Assembly: GCA_965644265.1 (NCBI GenBank)
Contig: OZ286471.1
Span: forward strand, 43,958,001-44,022,000
Source of the DNA: Glycera tridactyla
Taxonomy: Eukaryota
Length of the DNA stretch: 64,000 nucleotides
Direction: 5' to 3'
The notes beneath the pieces were generated by a model, which did no database searches, was not told the DNA's origin, and was given only the letters and a program-made list of their open reading frames with translations. Position 1 is the stretch's first letter. Every line of letters starts with the position of its first letter. This document shows, piece by piece, positions 51,680 through 64,000 of this stretch. Made by a program: the position numbers and the translations under genes.

Positions 51680-51827
51680 CGGGTGGTTTTCAAAACATGT
51701 CTGGGAAGGTTGGCCTTTATAGACTGATAAATTACTGATGAGAATGCTATCACGGTCGCAGCTCGGGTGGCTTCTGTAGGTAGGTGGCCTTCATAGAGAG
51801 GTGGTCTCTCGAGTAGGTTCGAACGTA
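51680..51827 (+). mobile_element. Diverged copy of the TA-flanked MITE, inside innexin B intron 2
   Basis: ttggcctttataga...gagaatgctatcacggtcgcagctcggg...ggtggccttcatagagaggtggtctctcgagtaggttcgaacg|ta. Confidence 0.7.
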
Positions 51828-52009
51828 TGCCGAATAGTGAGGAGTGGCAGCTATAGAGTGAAGTGTGCATGTACAAACTAGAGTCCTTGTTTGACGGAAT
51901 GCAGACTTCCCCAAAATTAGCTCAAACGTAACCAACCGCCTTCAAATTCTAACAAATCCAACGCACTCATTCTAAGGATGATCTGTTACTGTACTATATT
52001 CTGTTACAG

Positions 52010-53008
52010 CCACATCGCTTCATAGGCTACTACCAGTGGACGAGCCTTTTACTCACCTGTCAGGCGATCATGTTCTACATTCCTCGGATAGCCTGGATGA
52101 TTTTCAACAAGAAGTCTGGCATTGAAGTGACGACCATCACGGGGGCCAGCGTCGAGTGTGTCACCATACCAGATTCGGAGGAGCGTGAGAAAATCCTCAA
52201 TTACATGATCATGCACATGAGTCGATTTCTCGGCGAGATCCGTGGGAAAATCATGTTGACAAGTCAATTGCGCGGGATTTTTTGGCGGGCTTATGGTAGC
52301 TATCTGACCTTTCTCTATTTTCTCACCAAAGTAGGTTACTGTGCCAATAGTATCATGCAACTCTTTCTATTAGATTCCATGCTTGGTCTACGGAAACAAC
52401 TTCATGGTCTGGATTTCATTTTGCATCTCTTCCGCGATAATGATGATGTTGAATCACCACTTTTCCCGCGCGTTGCCTATTGTGACTTTCAAGTGCGTTA
52501 CCTTGGCAACGTGAACCGTTACTCAGTACAATGTTCACTACCGATCAACCTCTTCAACGAGAAGATCTTCCTAACGGTGTGGTTTTGGTTGGTGTTTATA
52601 TCCATCATAAATGTAGGTAGTACAATGGTGTGTGTTTGGGAGGCTATCTACATGCCCCAACATTACCAATATGTGAAAACCCGCCTGCTCACCTTGTCGA
52701 TTCGCATGCCTAACCATGAACGTGTCATTCGCTTTGTTGACGAACACTTGAGGCGTGATGGAATCTTCATTATCTATCTGGTGTCCGGGAACTCCAGTGA
52801 TTTGATTGCATCTGAGCTGTTGGCTGGACTCTGGAAGCAGTACTGGGATCCGAAATTCAAGGAGAAGTTCAAGATCAAGACTCGGAATGAGCCCAAACCA
52901 ATCGACACTGCGAAGAATGTCACTGACATCGCTTCACACTGGCGACAAAAGGCACGCAACCCCGGACGAATGCGTCATGCAGCCAAGCACAAAGAAGCAA
53001 TTGTGTAA
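52010..53008 (+). CDS. inx: Innexin B, coding exon 3 (last); spliced protein 426 aa
   Basis: ttctgttacag|CCA CAT CGC TTC ATA GGC TAC TAC CAG TGG. Continues into the 312-aa ORF with FPRVAYCDF...CSLPINLFNEKIF...EAIV*. Confidence 0.95.
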   Translation, partial: PHRFIGYYQWTSLLLTCQAIMFYIPRIAWMIFNKKSGIEVTTITGASVECVTIPDSEEREKILNYMIMHMSRFLGEIRGKIMLTSQLRGIFWRAYGSYLTFLYFLTKVGYCANSIMQLFLLDSMLGLRKQLHGLDFILHLFRDNDDVESPLFPRVAYCDFQVRYLGNVNRYSVQCSLPINLFNEKIFLTVWFWLVFISIINVGSTMVCVWEAIYMPQHYQYVKTRLLTLSIRMPNHERVIRFVDEHLRRDGIFIIYLVSGNSSDLIASELLAGLWKQYWDPKFKEKFKIKTRNEPKPIDTAKNVTDIASHWRQKARNPGRMRHAAKHKEAIV

Positions 53009-54289
53009 TGACGTCACAAATGAATTGAGATGACCATATGCCTCTTTCACCAAGCGCCAAGGTGCAGTCAAAATGGCGTGTTCTCAATTGAAACTTTTCT
53101 TTCAGGAAACCATTGTTATTGAGAGCATTTGTGTTATTTTGAGTGCAATCACCCTCTAGTGAAGCGGGCCCAAGGAATAACGAAGCCCCACTACTGTGAA
53201 GTGATATATCTATCATCTATCCCAGGTATCCCACAAAGTGTTATTACTATAGAATGTGGTGTTTTGTTCACACTACACTTAATTCCACTCACCACCTTAC
53301 CCTGAATTTCATATTCAGTGTATCTTGGAGGTTCAAGTGGCTTCATAGTAAATCGAGGACCAAGCCAGTAAGAATAAAAGAAGGCTTTGATTCCAGTAAA
53401 CACTTGGCTTGGATTAGATATGAACGATCATATCAGGATTTCGACGACTGCGCAGTACAATTGTGATTCTATGACGTGCACAGCATTGTTTTTACATCAT
53501 AAACAGTAGTTATATCTCATAAACGGGGCCTACTTTGATTATCATGTCCGTAATGTAAGTTTTTGTAGCTTTAATCCGTTCAGCCAAAAGCCATTGAGTG
53601 ACCTTTCCATCTCACCCGGGATAGGTTGTAATATATAACACAGAAAGGAGATAACATTGTAGGTTAGGGAAAGAGACAGCTGATAGAATCATGAAACATT
53701 TGCTGAACTCATCTACATGTCATCTTTTGTATGTCACATCATTGCTCAATAATACTGGAAATTTAGGTACTAGGACGAAAGGGCATTGTCGTGTGGAGTA
53801 TTTGTTACATGGAATTTAGATACGGTAAAATGTCTATGTGATGTGATGAATTTTCTTTGATCTATTAGAGTTTATCGCAAGGTGATACCCCCATATATGA
53901 GAGCAGTCCACATGACGGGTACATCTAATTGCGACAGGAGCATGTAAACCAATATAACAAATGATTTATCACAAATCTTCCAAGAACTGCTCGCTCATAT
54001 TTGTACATAGTCTTTGCTCAGCATACTACGATGTATTTTCCGATGAACTCATGAAGTACGAAGACCGTCTTTGTCCAAGATAGCACTCCGGTTTAATAAA
54101 GTATAAGTTGCATATGGTTTATTTGCTTCAAAGTTGAAAATGTGCCTTTGGATATAGGTACAGGAAGTGAATTGATAAATTGACCGATGGACTGTCTTGC
54201 CCTACACATGTCACCTGGTTGATATCATAGCTGGGAATATGGGATGGACCTGCGCGGGTTCTTGGTCAGTATTTTGGGATATCAGTGAT

Positions 54290-54470
54290 GGGTTTATTCA
54301 GCAGATTTAAACAACACAGGGGGCCTAAAACATCACCTTGGATGATTCCACAGAGTGCGCTTGGAATTCACCCCCGTGTCACAATTGACCAACCTACATC
54401 CACTTTGTTTCATAATCTATCGATGCCTGTCATGTATTCGAATATTTTATAGAAATATTGTAGTCTATTG
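54290..54470 (-). mobile_element. Possible highly decayed reverse-transcriptase remnant
   Basis: The minus strand reads ...LCGIIQGDVLGPLCCLNLLN, resembling the LINE RT G.xQG.VLGPL motif. Stops lie nearby and there is no clear YADD. Confidence 0.3.
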
Positions 54471-57400
54471 TGGTAGCTGGTATAGGGAATGCAATGATCT
54501 GGTTGGGTAGGAGTTCTGTATGCTACTCATGATGTTGGGACAGCTTAGTGAAGTTGGTATTTTGTATACACCATATCTATACATGATAGTAAGCTAGTCA
54601 GAGAGGGAGTAACCGATTATGAATGAACCTGCTAGTGATCACCAATGTATCAATGCATCCTACCTACAAATCACCTACAAGTCATGGCCACTATAATACT
54701 CTATACTGTGGACAGCCTCTTCACAAGGACCATCGTTGATTGCGACCATGTTTGAGCTTTGTAGGCAGGTGTGACTGAACTTGTGTGACTTTCATAATGA
54801 CCAAGGTGAATCATATCCAATTTTTGATCGATCAATTGACCTGAAGCGATGAAATTGATCATCGCATCACCACAGCTACATGATGGGAGGGTGAGGGGAA
54901 ATCAGTTGGTTACTTACCTCCCTCTGAACAGAAATCCTGTGATCAAATCCGTCTTCCATATATACGTTTTCATATATGTTATGTAATTATATCCTGTTGA
55001 GATATGTGTTATATGTTATGGTGTTCTATTATCATTACATGGTACATTTACTATGATTTTGCATCCTTGTAAGTTATAAATAGGATGCAGGTGAGTTGAA
55101 GATATCATTTATCACCGTGTCTTCTCATCGAATAAATGTTCATACTCTTCCTTTATCTCGAGCCATTATTTGTATGCCATTATAAATTCCAAAGGATTCC
55201 TAAAGGCAAAGAACAATGTGAGTTGGCAGCAGCGAATCAAGGAGAATTTTATCATCAATTTTTATCTTGAAGCGAACTTGTCCTTTTCAGCTTTGAGATA
55301 CTCAACTCGAATAGCGGTCATTAACAACCCTCGTAGTGAAATTATGAATAGTATTATCTTTCTTGAATAATATAATATTTATTTTGATTAGTCATGTACA
55401 ACAACAAACATTTACTTGAAAAGAAAAGCATTGTCACAAATATTTGTTGAAAGCGTTTTTATGTGGAGCCACATTTTGTTTATGTTTATTTGATCAGCTT
55501 GCCTGATAGGAACTTTCAGTCTATTACAGCTTTCTGGGTCTGTAATGTTTTGCTCTTTCGGCTGTTGGATGCCTTTCAAGAGTAGAGGCCTATTCCTGGT
55601 AGAGTGAGACCCATTACGTGTGATTGTATTTTGGACCCTCTTCAGCTTGTATGCAGATCCTTGAAGCTAGTTTGTAGTCACTAAGTATAGCGCCACTGCT
55701 GAGCCTGGAATACTATTTTCAGATCGCAGATAGGCTGTCGCACACCATCATCCATTTCCGGCGGCGTAGGACCCATGCCTGTCTCCATATATCTCAGCTC
55801 AGGATGTGGCCCGGGCCTGTTAAATTGCCTGCAACCTGGTGTGGATATAGTCAGCAAACAGGCTAGCCGCCCTAATACCTCGCTAATGGTCAGTCATCAC
55901 ACAACTAGCTGCGACAATTATCATCACTCGGTTTACACCAATGATCTCTCTTTCTGAGGGGCCTGCCCTGCTAGGTTACATGAGTTATGCCGCCAAAATG
56001 ATCATTTTCATTATCATATGTAGGTAGAGGTGTGTTTTTAAACCGACAGATACTTTCGCTTGAACACTATTTTGGTTCCCATCATCTTGTGTTCAGGGTT
56101 CGTGGTCGTGATGCCTTCAAGTGACACAGCACCCGGCTTTCGTATGTGAATCCCACGGGTGGATACATGTCGTGAAACTCTATCCAATCAGTTGTGGGAA
56201 TTTTCTTTTTGGAGAATGTCCCTGCTGGTAGCATTCGGAAAACCATCATCAGATTTCGATCGTACACTTCAGTTCAGCTTCCTAATTGTATCTCTGTCCG
56301 GGCGCATATGGAGAGCAATGTGAACGAATCCCCGAGGTACATGCCAGGGAGATTAAAACATATGGAATGATAATGAGTTTCATTTATGACAAACAGACTG
56401 CATTGTTAGCTTGGAGGCTGAAAAGATCTATCTTACTGCGTCTACAATGGTGCGGCTATGATGTCTGGCTGTCTGGGGTGTGAATGTGTCAGTGTGTATC
56501 TGTCTTATTATAATGTGAGTGTGCCTTCCTGCAAGGATATGTGTGCATGAAGATGTCTTCCTGGAGGTTAGTGGTTTGGTTGTGTGTGTGCAATTGACAT
56601 GGGTGGTAGTGTTGGGCCGATGATTTGAAAATAACCGATGATTGATTGGAATCAGTACCAATTCTGATGATTGGTTGGAAAATTTGCAATCGATTACAAT
56701 CGGTTCAGTATATATGAGATCAATCTTCATGCATGCCAATGCTAGAAAATTGGATATTCTGCTAAATTACAATGTGACTTGCTGCATTCAGGCTCATCAC
56801 TTTGATCATTCCAGTATTGAGTGCACTAGTATGGGCAAATGTGCAGAAACTAAGTGTTGCATTCTTCTTCCACTCAAGTAGGGATTACCAAAACCAAGTC
56901 TCCAATCACCCCAGTGACTGATAGAATGCTGGATGGCCTGACCGATTGCAACCAATCATCGGTTGGTTTAGTCCAATCAATCATCAATAGTAAATTTGCA
57001 ACCAATTCCCAACACTAATGGGTGGGATTATTCAAGACTTCAATGAAAGAGGAAATGATTCGAAAAGCACAGACACACAATAAGTCTTTTCAGATGGCGA
57101 ACGTAAAACCTGACATATATCATAATCATACCATACACCAAACCCACGAATGGCACCTTGAGTGTCTGTGAATTTCAAGAATGATCACCTTCCGTTGGGG
57201 GTGCTAATTTGATGTTAATTCAGAACCAGCCAATCGACCAACCAACCCAAGATTTACGACGCAGACTGGGGATGTCGCGGCAAATTTTTGATTAGTCAAG
57301 GATATTCAGTAAGGCAAAGTTCAAAGTTTATGACTTGGCCCTTATCACATTCAGTCATGGAGCATAAGCCGCTTATTGAAATTCTCTTCAAAGACATTGC

Positions 57401-58087
57401 AGAAGAGTTTCCCGCTTGTACAGATGATTTCCAGCATTTCCAAGTGATGATGTCTCGCTACGTGTGCAGACATGGCAGGGAATCACATACGTTCACACCC
57501 ACGTAATATATTCGTGAGGGGATATGTTTTCTTTGGGTGTTACTAGCTACAGGTGGACTCGTGCCAAGCAGGCAAAGAACTCCTTGAGAGTGTCTCTCGG
57601 CGGCAGGCTCGCCGCCGGGCTCTGAGTCGGTGCTGCTGATTGAACCGGCAAAAATTCTAAGCACCAATTTTTACTTTACCAATCACCTCGAATGTGTTTG
57701 GCTAACTAACTCAATTAATTACCATGAAAGTGGCTCAGTTGAACCTAATGGTGAAAGTTGTGATAATCGTGCTATAGTTGATGCTGGTAATGCTGCTGAC
57801 AATGCCCGATATTGTCGCCATTGTCAATGTTTCTGTTTTCATTGTTAACGTTTTGTTTGTGATGGTGGTGGTGATGACGTTGCTTATGCCTGCTATTTTT
57901 GTTGTTGTCATTTTTGCTGTTGTTTGTGGCAGTGTTAGTGGTAGTGGCGGGGGTGGCGGTGGGGGTGAAGTGCCATTGGTTCCACTATAACGATCGGCAT
58001 TAGGGTCAGTTTTCTCCCCCCCCCCGCTCTATCTCTCCTTCCCCTTCCTCTCTTTGTATATGTGACTCGTTCTTTTGCCCCGCCCTC

Positions 58088-58106
58088 TGGCTATGTTGCG
58101 GTCACC

Positions 58107-58168
<62 letters not shown>

Positions 58169-58192
58169 CCGTCTGTCTGTTCGTCTGTCTGC
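58088..58192. repeat. (TCTG)n microsatellite
   Basis: Direct reading. Confidence 0.9.
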
Positions 58193-60527
58193 TGCTTCCC
58201 TGTCAGTTTGTATGTCAGCCTGTTTAAGCTTCTGTCAACCTATCTGTCTGTCTGCCTGTCTCCTTCTCCCCCTCTCTCTCTCTCATTCTGTAACAAAAAA
58301 ATAAACAAACTACTTCCATTTCATTGTATTCATATATTTATTCGATCGAAAATATGAGCTGAATGTGACATCAAAGTTACAGATATATCTACATATATAA
58401 AGGTCTCAGTAATATATTTACCTACACTTGTTTGATTGTCAGAACCAAGACTATTCCTAGTCAATTCGAGTCCCAAAAATCAGGAGTATCTGAAATCATT
58501 CATGAGTTTTGATTCAATCGAATATCGTCTAAAGGTTGTCTCTCTACAGAGGTAATCTACATGTGACGATATTTCATATGAGATGATTGAATCAGTATTT
58601 CAGAATGAAAATCTGGGAGACCGCCAGACTACAAAAGTTAAGGTTGCTTTAGCACATTACGATCACTTAAAGGGCCGGAAATATTGTTAATAAATCGACA
58701 TATCTGAATCATATTTCCCATCTTTTATTGATCTGTCGCGGAAAGAATGATTGACATGAAATGGGAGATGTGATGCTGAATGTACCAGAAAAAGTTCTCA
58801 CATAGGGAGTGATGATCGTAGGTTGATCGAACCAAACAACATTGTTCAAACATTTGAACCATGACTATTCTATCAGGCCTGGATCTCTCTCTTTCCCTTT
58901 CTCTCTCCCTCCCCCTCTCTCTCTATCTCTATCTCTATANNNNNNNNNNNNNNNNNNNNNNNNNNNNNNNNNNNNNNNNNNNNNNNNNNNNNNNNNNNNN
59001 NNNNNNNNNNNNNNNNNNNNNNNNNNNNNNNNNNNNNNNNNNNNNNNNNNNNNNNNNNNNNNNNNNNNNNNNNNNNNNNNNNTCTTTTACCCAAATGTAA
59101 CTATGTATGACACGTTGGGAGGTAACGCTCAATCCAGTATGTGGTCAACATCCCACAGTATGTGTATCAATGGAATATATAGACATATATATGCCACGTG
59201 TTCTTTGAACTTCCAGCTTCAAGTCTGTTTTGCGATATGTCTTTCACTCATGCTACAATTCAAACGCACTCACAAGTAACAATAATCGCTGCCCCAGACA
59301 GCCGGAATTAGGATGTTATATGACTGGGTCGATACTGCCCTATTGGCAATCCTTCCGGCACATACATCTAATATCTTCAACAAGAAATGAACAAGATAGC
59401 TCGGAAGTACCTTCTGTCGTTTGCAGACGCCTCCACTGTCCAGGAATATTCAAAATGGCTGCCTGACATCATGCTGGTATTTGCCTAGAAGTCGAATGTC
59501 ACTGCCAATCATGACTGGCTTTAACGACAATAGTAGTTGAGGATGATGATAATGTTATCTCTATATTGTATGCCAGGCAGTGCCTATCTAGTCTACCTGA
59601 TTTATATGTTCTGGATTGTAAAAAGAGTCAAATCTGGGAATGATGACCCTGAATGGCAGATCTCCGAGACAGGCACCACCGCTTCTTTTGCCAGGCTGGT
59701 TTACTTTTAACATCTCATTTAGATACTTTTGTCCGCACTTAATTGTGACCTTTATACCAAGCATTAATAAAACACCTTTCACTTGACTGATGATGACTCA
59801 TTCAAATCATTCCTATATACAATTGACAAGTTCTGCCATTCATTCGGTGGCTTCTTCCTTTGTGTCTTCATATATATATTTTCTCGCTCATTCATTTATC
59901 TCTTCATTAGTAGATTCATTCGTTCATCCATTCATTCATTCTTTATATCGAGATCAGATTCTCCTAATTGTGTCCATATAGTGGTCAATCAATTATTTGA
60001 TATCAATTGAGTAATTGAGTGATCAATTCATTCCTTTCCTTCCTCTTTCACACATTCATCCATTCACCCACCTATCCATCCACTGATTTCTAATCCAGAC
60101 TTCCATTTATGAATTCATCTATTCATCATTATTTCATACTCAAATTATCCTAAATATATCTATATAGAAGTTCATTCAAGGAAAAAGCACAGGTGGGTAA
60201 GTCACTCTAGTATATCCTAGGCACGAAGTTAAGTCAAGTTACAGCAAAGATTCCTACAGAGGAGCAAACAGGGATAATGCACGAAAAGCTTATCACGGCA
60301 ACGCGATATCATACAAACATATGATATCAAGAGTCACTTCTTCAAGTACTTAATTGTAAATGGCGGAGAAAAATAAAGTGTTAAAATCAAGACATCAAGT
60401 GGTATACCCTGATGTAATGCCACATTCGAGCAGGTTTACATCTACTAAAATACATGAGTGATCATGTATGATCTTGAGTGTATGTGGATTCATATCATTT
60501 CACTTTCCGTTGCAGACCCAGGTGAAG

Positions 60528-60681
60528 AATGGTTGATTTATTGGAGTTTGATGGCATGAATCATCCCAACGGGATATAAATTCCCGATATCTCTAATCTC
60601 CAGGTAGAGAATGGTTGATTGTTTGGAGTTTAACGACATGAATCATCCCAACGGGTTATAAATTCCCGATATCTCTAATCT
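60528..60681. repeat. Two-copy direct repeat of about 80 bp
   Basis: gaatggttgatt..ttggagttt.a.g.catgaatcatcccaacggg.tataaattcccgatatctctaatct occurs twice in tandem. Confidence 0.85.
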
Positions 60682-63600
60682 AAGAAGGCGGGATGCTAAG
60701 TAGTTGGCTCTAGCAGGCATCACTCACAAAGTTTCCCGAGACAAGATGATCGGGAATCTGAATCATTATCAAGTGGAGATGGTTTTCAGTTCAGACACGC
60801 CTTTACCTACTTACAATATTACAGGGGGACTCTTCCGATGGCAGACGTAAACACATGTATGTAAGTATTTGTTGGCACTCAATTCGAAAGCAATGCTTCA
60901 TACAAAGCACAGTAACTGAAACAAGGGAATGCACGAGGTTCGGGGAATAAATAAGCAAAATGAACAGTAATAATATGACAACTTCAGGCACTATGAAGCC
61001 ATGAATAATCCCATTCATTCACCGGTCCAATTTGAATCATGTGTGATATTCCATATCAGGAGATTCAGTTTTGTCATGGCTGGACATTGATAGTTGATGC
61101 GCAAACACACTTGTTGATTGGTTGGTAAGTCTCTTGAGCACAAGTTGACTTATATTTAGACGTTTATGCAGTGTGTATGGATAGGTTATTCTGAGACCCC
61201 CCCTTTCAGACTCTCCAACGGACGGTGAAATATGTAAGCCACAGACACTCAGATACCCACAGATACGGGAATGGTCAACCATGGACGCAGGCCAGTTGAA
61301 GCACTTCGATAACGAATCTGTCTGCAAACTAAAAAACTGAAATCTGTCAAGGCTAACAATTTCGCAAGGCAAGCAAATTCTGACTGAACCAAGTGTGGCA
61401 TGAACGTAAGAACTCCCGTATGGATGATCTCAGCGATGATCTCACATCTCAACAAGTGCTGGACAAGTGATATCTCTTAGGATTCCTCATCTTTCCAGAC
61501 ATGTGATATGATCTAGGAGACCTCGCAGGACATATTATCACATGTGAAGCATTGGATAAGATGAAGGCAGTCGGAACCGATACGAATTGTTCATGTTCGA
61601 TCCGGAAACGATTTGTGCCAGCATAGAATCAATATGCAACTGAAACCAAATTTTGGGGTATACTTAGCATATATCAGTCATGGACGATTTGGTTTGCTGA
61701 GACTGGTAAATATCTCCTTATGTGTCATTTGTCCCAGCCTCAGTTCTACTATTTGATGATATGGAAGAGGAAAAGAATGGACAAGGTTAAAAAAAAAGGT
61801 CGTCCTTTTACGCAAGATTACTGAATTCATTTTGTACTTGGCACGGTTTGGTGATCATGATTGTATGCTTTTTGTTAGTGGTCTATACCAGTTACATCTA
61901 TCAATTTGATGTACAACAATATGTCGAATATTGGGACGGGATCGGTTTTCTGGTGTCATCACTTTGATTTTGAGCAATAGAAGCAACAGTTCTCATTTGT
62001 GGATTATGCCTACTGATGTACGTGAGATATGCACAATCATTCGTTGATTCAAAGATCAGGAGATTATTTGATTCTGTCATTCGCATGTATGCAGCGTCGT
62101 ATCCAGAAAAGGGCATGAGGGCATGTCCTACATCTGAGCCACTCTGGGCCCCTTTTCAGGCAGACAGGGGCTACAATGCCCCCTCAGTCAACCGGTTAGT
62201 TGCACTTCTCTATATTTAGTGAGCCGATTCAGGGGGATTTTATGAGGAAATGCCCTCTTCTTCAATAATTGAGCGGGGCGAATATTCCCAGTTGAAAACA
62301 TCCTGAATGCAACCCTGCGTGTATGAAATCATCTGATCAGTGATAACAGTAGTATCATTGTAGCTCCTTGTCTTATTTCTCTTTTGTGATGACTGAAGAG
62401 GGTTATCTCGAGTTTTAGCTTACCCATCAGACAAGTTCTCTTGGCCTTGTCCCTGTTATCTGACATGTGGTGAATTATACACAACAAATTGGATAATACT
62501 CTTATATAGGACAAACATCGTAGCAACCCAGTCCCTGTTGCTTGATGAAATGGGATGTGTAATAATTGAGGAAAATCCGTAGTTTTCCCATGTTATCGTG
62601 TAAATTATGAACGAAGTGGGACGTTTGATAGACTTCCCATTTGAAGGATATTGTTGTTCCCTAGACATATAATAGCCTTCCCATCTGAAGTATGTTGTAG
62701 TTCTCTGCCACATCTATCTGTTGTGTGATGAATAGAGCCCGGCGTATGGAAGACATACATGATGATCTGTTATTGCATCACATTCTCGAAGCGCAATATA
62801 TTTACAATTTCTCATATATTGAGGTTCATTCTAGTGGAGGCAGCCTAAAAGACAATCTAAAAGATTGGGGTCCCCACGATCATGTGAATCCAAACTGCTG
62901 GTGAGAGGTTGATCAATGGATGACTATATGATGTCCACTGAGTAACGTATTTTTTGGACTTACTTGTTCCATGAACTACTTACTCTCGTATACGGTAAGT
63001 AAGATTCAATACATGTCATCGAAAAAATAGAGATAGGGCAAACAAGCGCATGTGTCAAATAAGTCCAATTGTTATAGACTCACAGATGGATGTTACATCC
63101 GTATATATACGACAAACTCTATAAATCTATCAATCAAGCAATCAAACAATCAATATCAAAACATCACGTCACATATCAGAATTCACCTTGAATTCTCGCA
63201 TGATCATTCATACGTATGTACAGTTTTCTGCGCGCACACGCACACACACATGCATACAGCCATACATGAACATAACACATGCTGCTAAAAAATTGTTGGA
63301 GAATTATTGTGAAAAAAAACAGCCTTTTCGTGATTCTGAAGGAAACCTTCATCATGCACATAGTGAAAGCATAAACTTGAGATGAAAAGTAGTGAGCATG
63401 TAAGCAGTGACGTGCCATGGCTGCCAAGTTAGCACAACTTAAACATGGATCCCTTAATACTGAAGATAAGATCCACTTGGAATTTGCACTAAATGCAACA
63501 AAGTGCCCTCCATTCACATAGGTTTTGGATTACAAATTCCAAATCTGGATCGTATCTAATCCTCAGAGAAAGTGGCCCAAGAGTGAGAATCTGTGATAAA

Positions 63601-64000
63601 ATGTTCCAAAAGTGATATAAAGAAAATCTACCCTGATGAAACAAAATATACCCATTATATATATTCTTGCACACATTTGAGAACCATTGATGTTGCTGTG
63701 CAAAGCTCCAATACATTTGGCACGGGTGCATTGCGTGAACACGTGCATTTCTGTGATTTGACTTGTCCATATTCTCCCTGGTAATATAGATTACCGGCCC
63801 AAGTCAAATCAAGGAAATGCACGAACACGAAATATTATCACAAAACTTGAGTTGGAATCGGAACTGTATTGTCTGATCATTGGGGAGGGGATATAAACCC
63901 CTCCTGTCAGAACAATTTTTCATACAAGACCTGGGACATGGAAGGGACTGATTGATATTTGTGAAGGGAAGGGAGATATGTTGTATGAACACGCCCCCTT

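Noticed and set aside
52070-52072. ATG of the 312-aa ORF as the innexin B start
   Set aside because: It is an internal Met; the YYQW motif and the first extracellular loop are encoded upstream and in two earlier exons.
1021-59279. Many ORF-track entries containing X runs, poly-His, poly-Val or CV/HT repeats
   Set aside because: They come from microsatellites and from reading through N gaps.
62106-62260. Short inverted repeat gaaaagggcat / atgccctcttc as a MITE
   Set aside because: Only 11 bp with a mismatch, no clear target duplication and no second copy in the window.

Overview
Invertebrate animal genomic DNA (spliced genes, innexins, dense short interspersed repeats, and several N gaps, many next to low-complexity repeats). 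It is not prokaryotic, and I found no CRISPR array, rRNA or tRNA gene. All genes found are on the + strand. (1) The 3' end of a guanylate cyclase, probably receptor-type: exons 1006-1104 and 3914-4005, then three separate phase-0 candidate last exons (8493-8660, 8722-8919, 13656-13775) that each restart the catalytic domain at the G-K-G..T-Y/F-W/F-L segment. (2) Two tandem innexin paralogues: inx-A (38163-38310 + 39294-40429, 427 aa) and inx-B (50436-50589 + 51431-51558 + 52010-53008, 426 aa). The rest is a decayed LINE, LINE 3' fragments, SINE-like repeats, TA-flanked MITEs, a foldback element, several minisatellites and microsatellites. The two most unusual observations are the three alternative cyclase C-termini and a 14-unit 64-bp array in inx-A intron 1. 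That array is built from the end of exon 1 plus its splice donor and creates several in-frame 45-nt candidate cassette exons. Gene models were assembled by hand from splice signals and reading frame; no database search or expression data was available.
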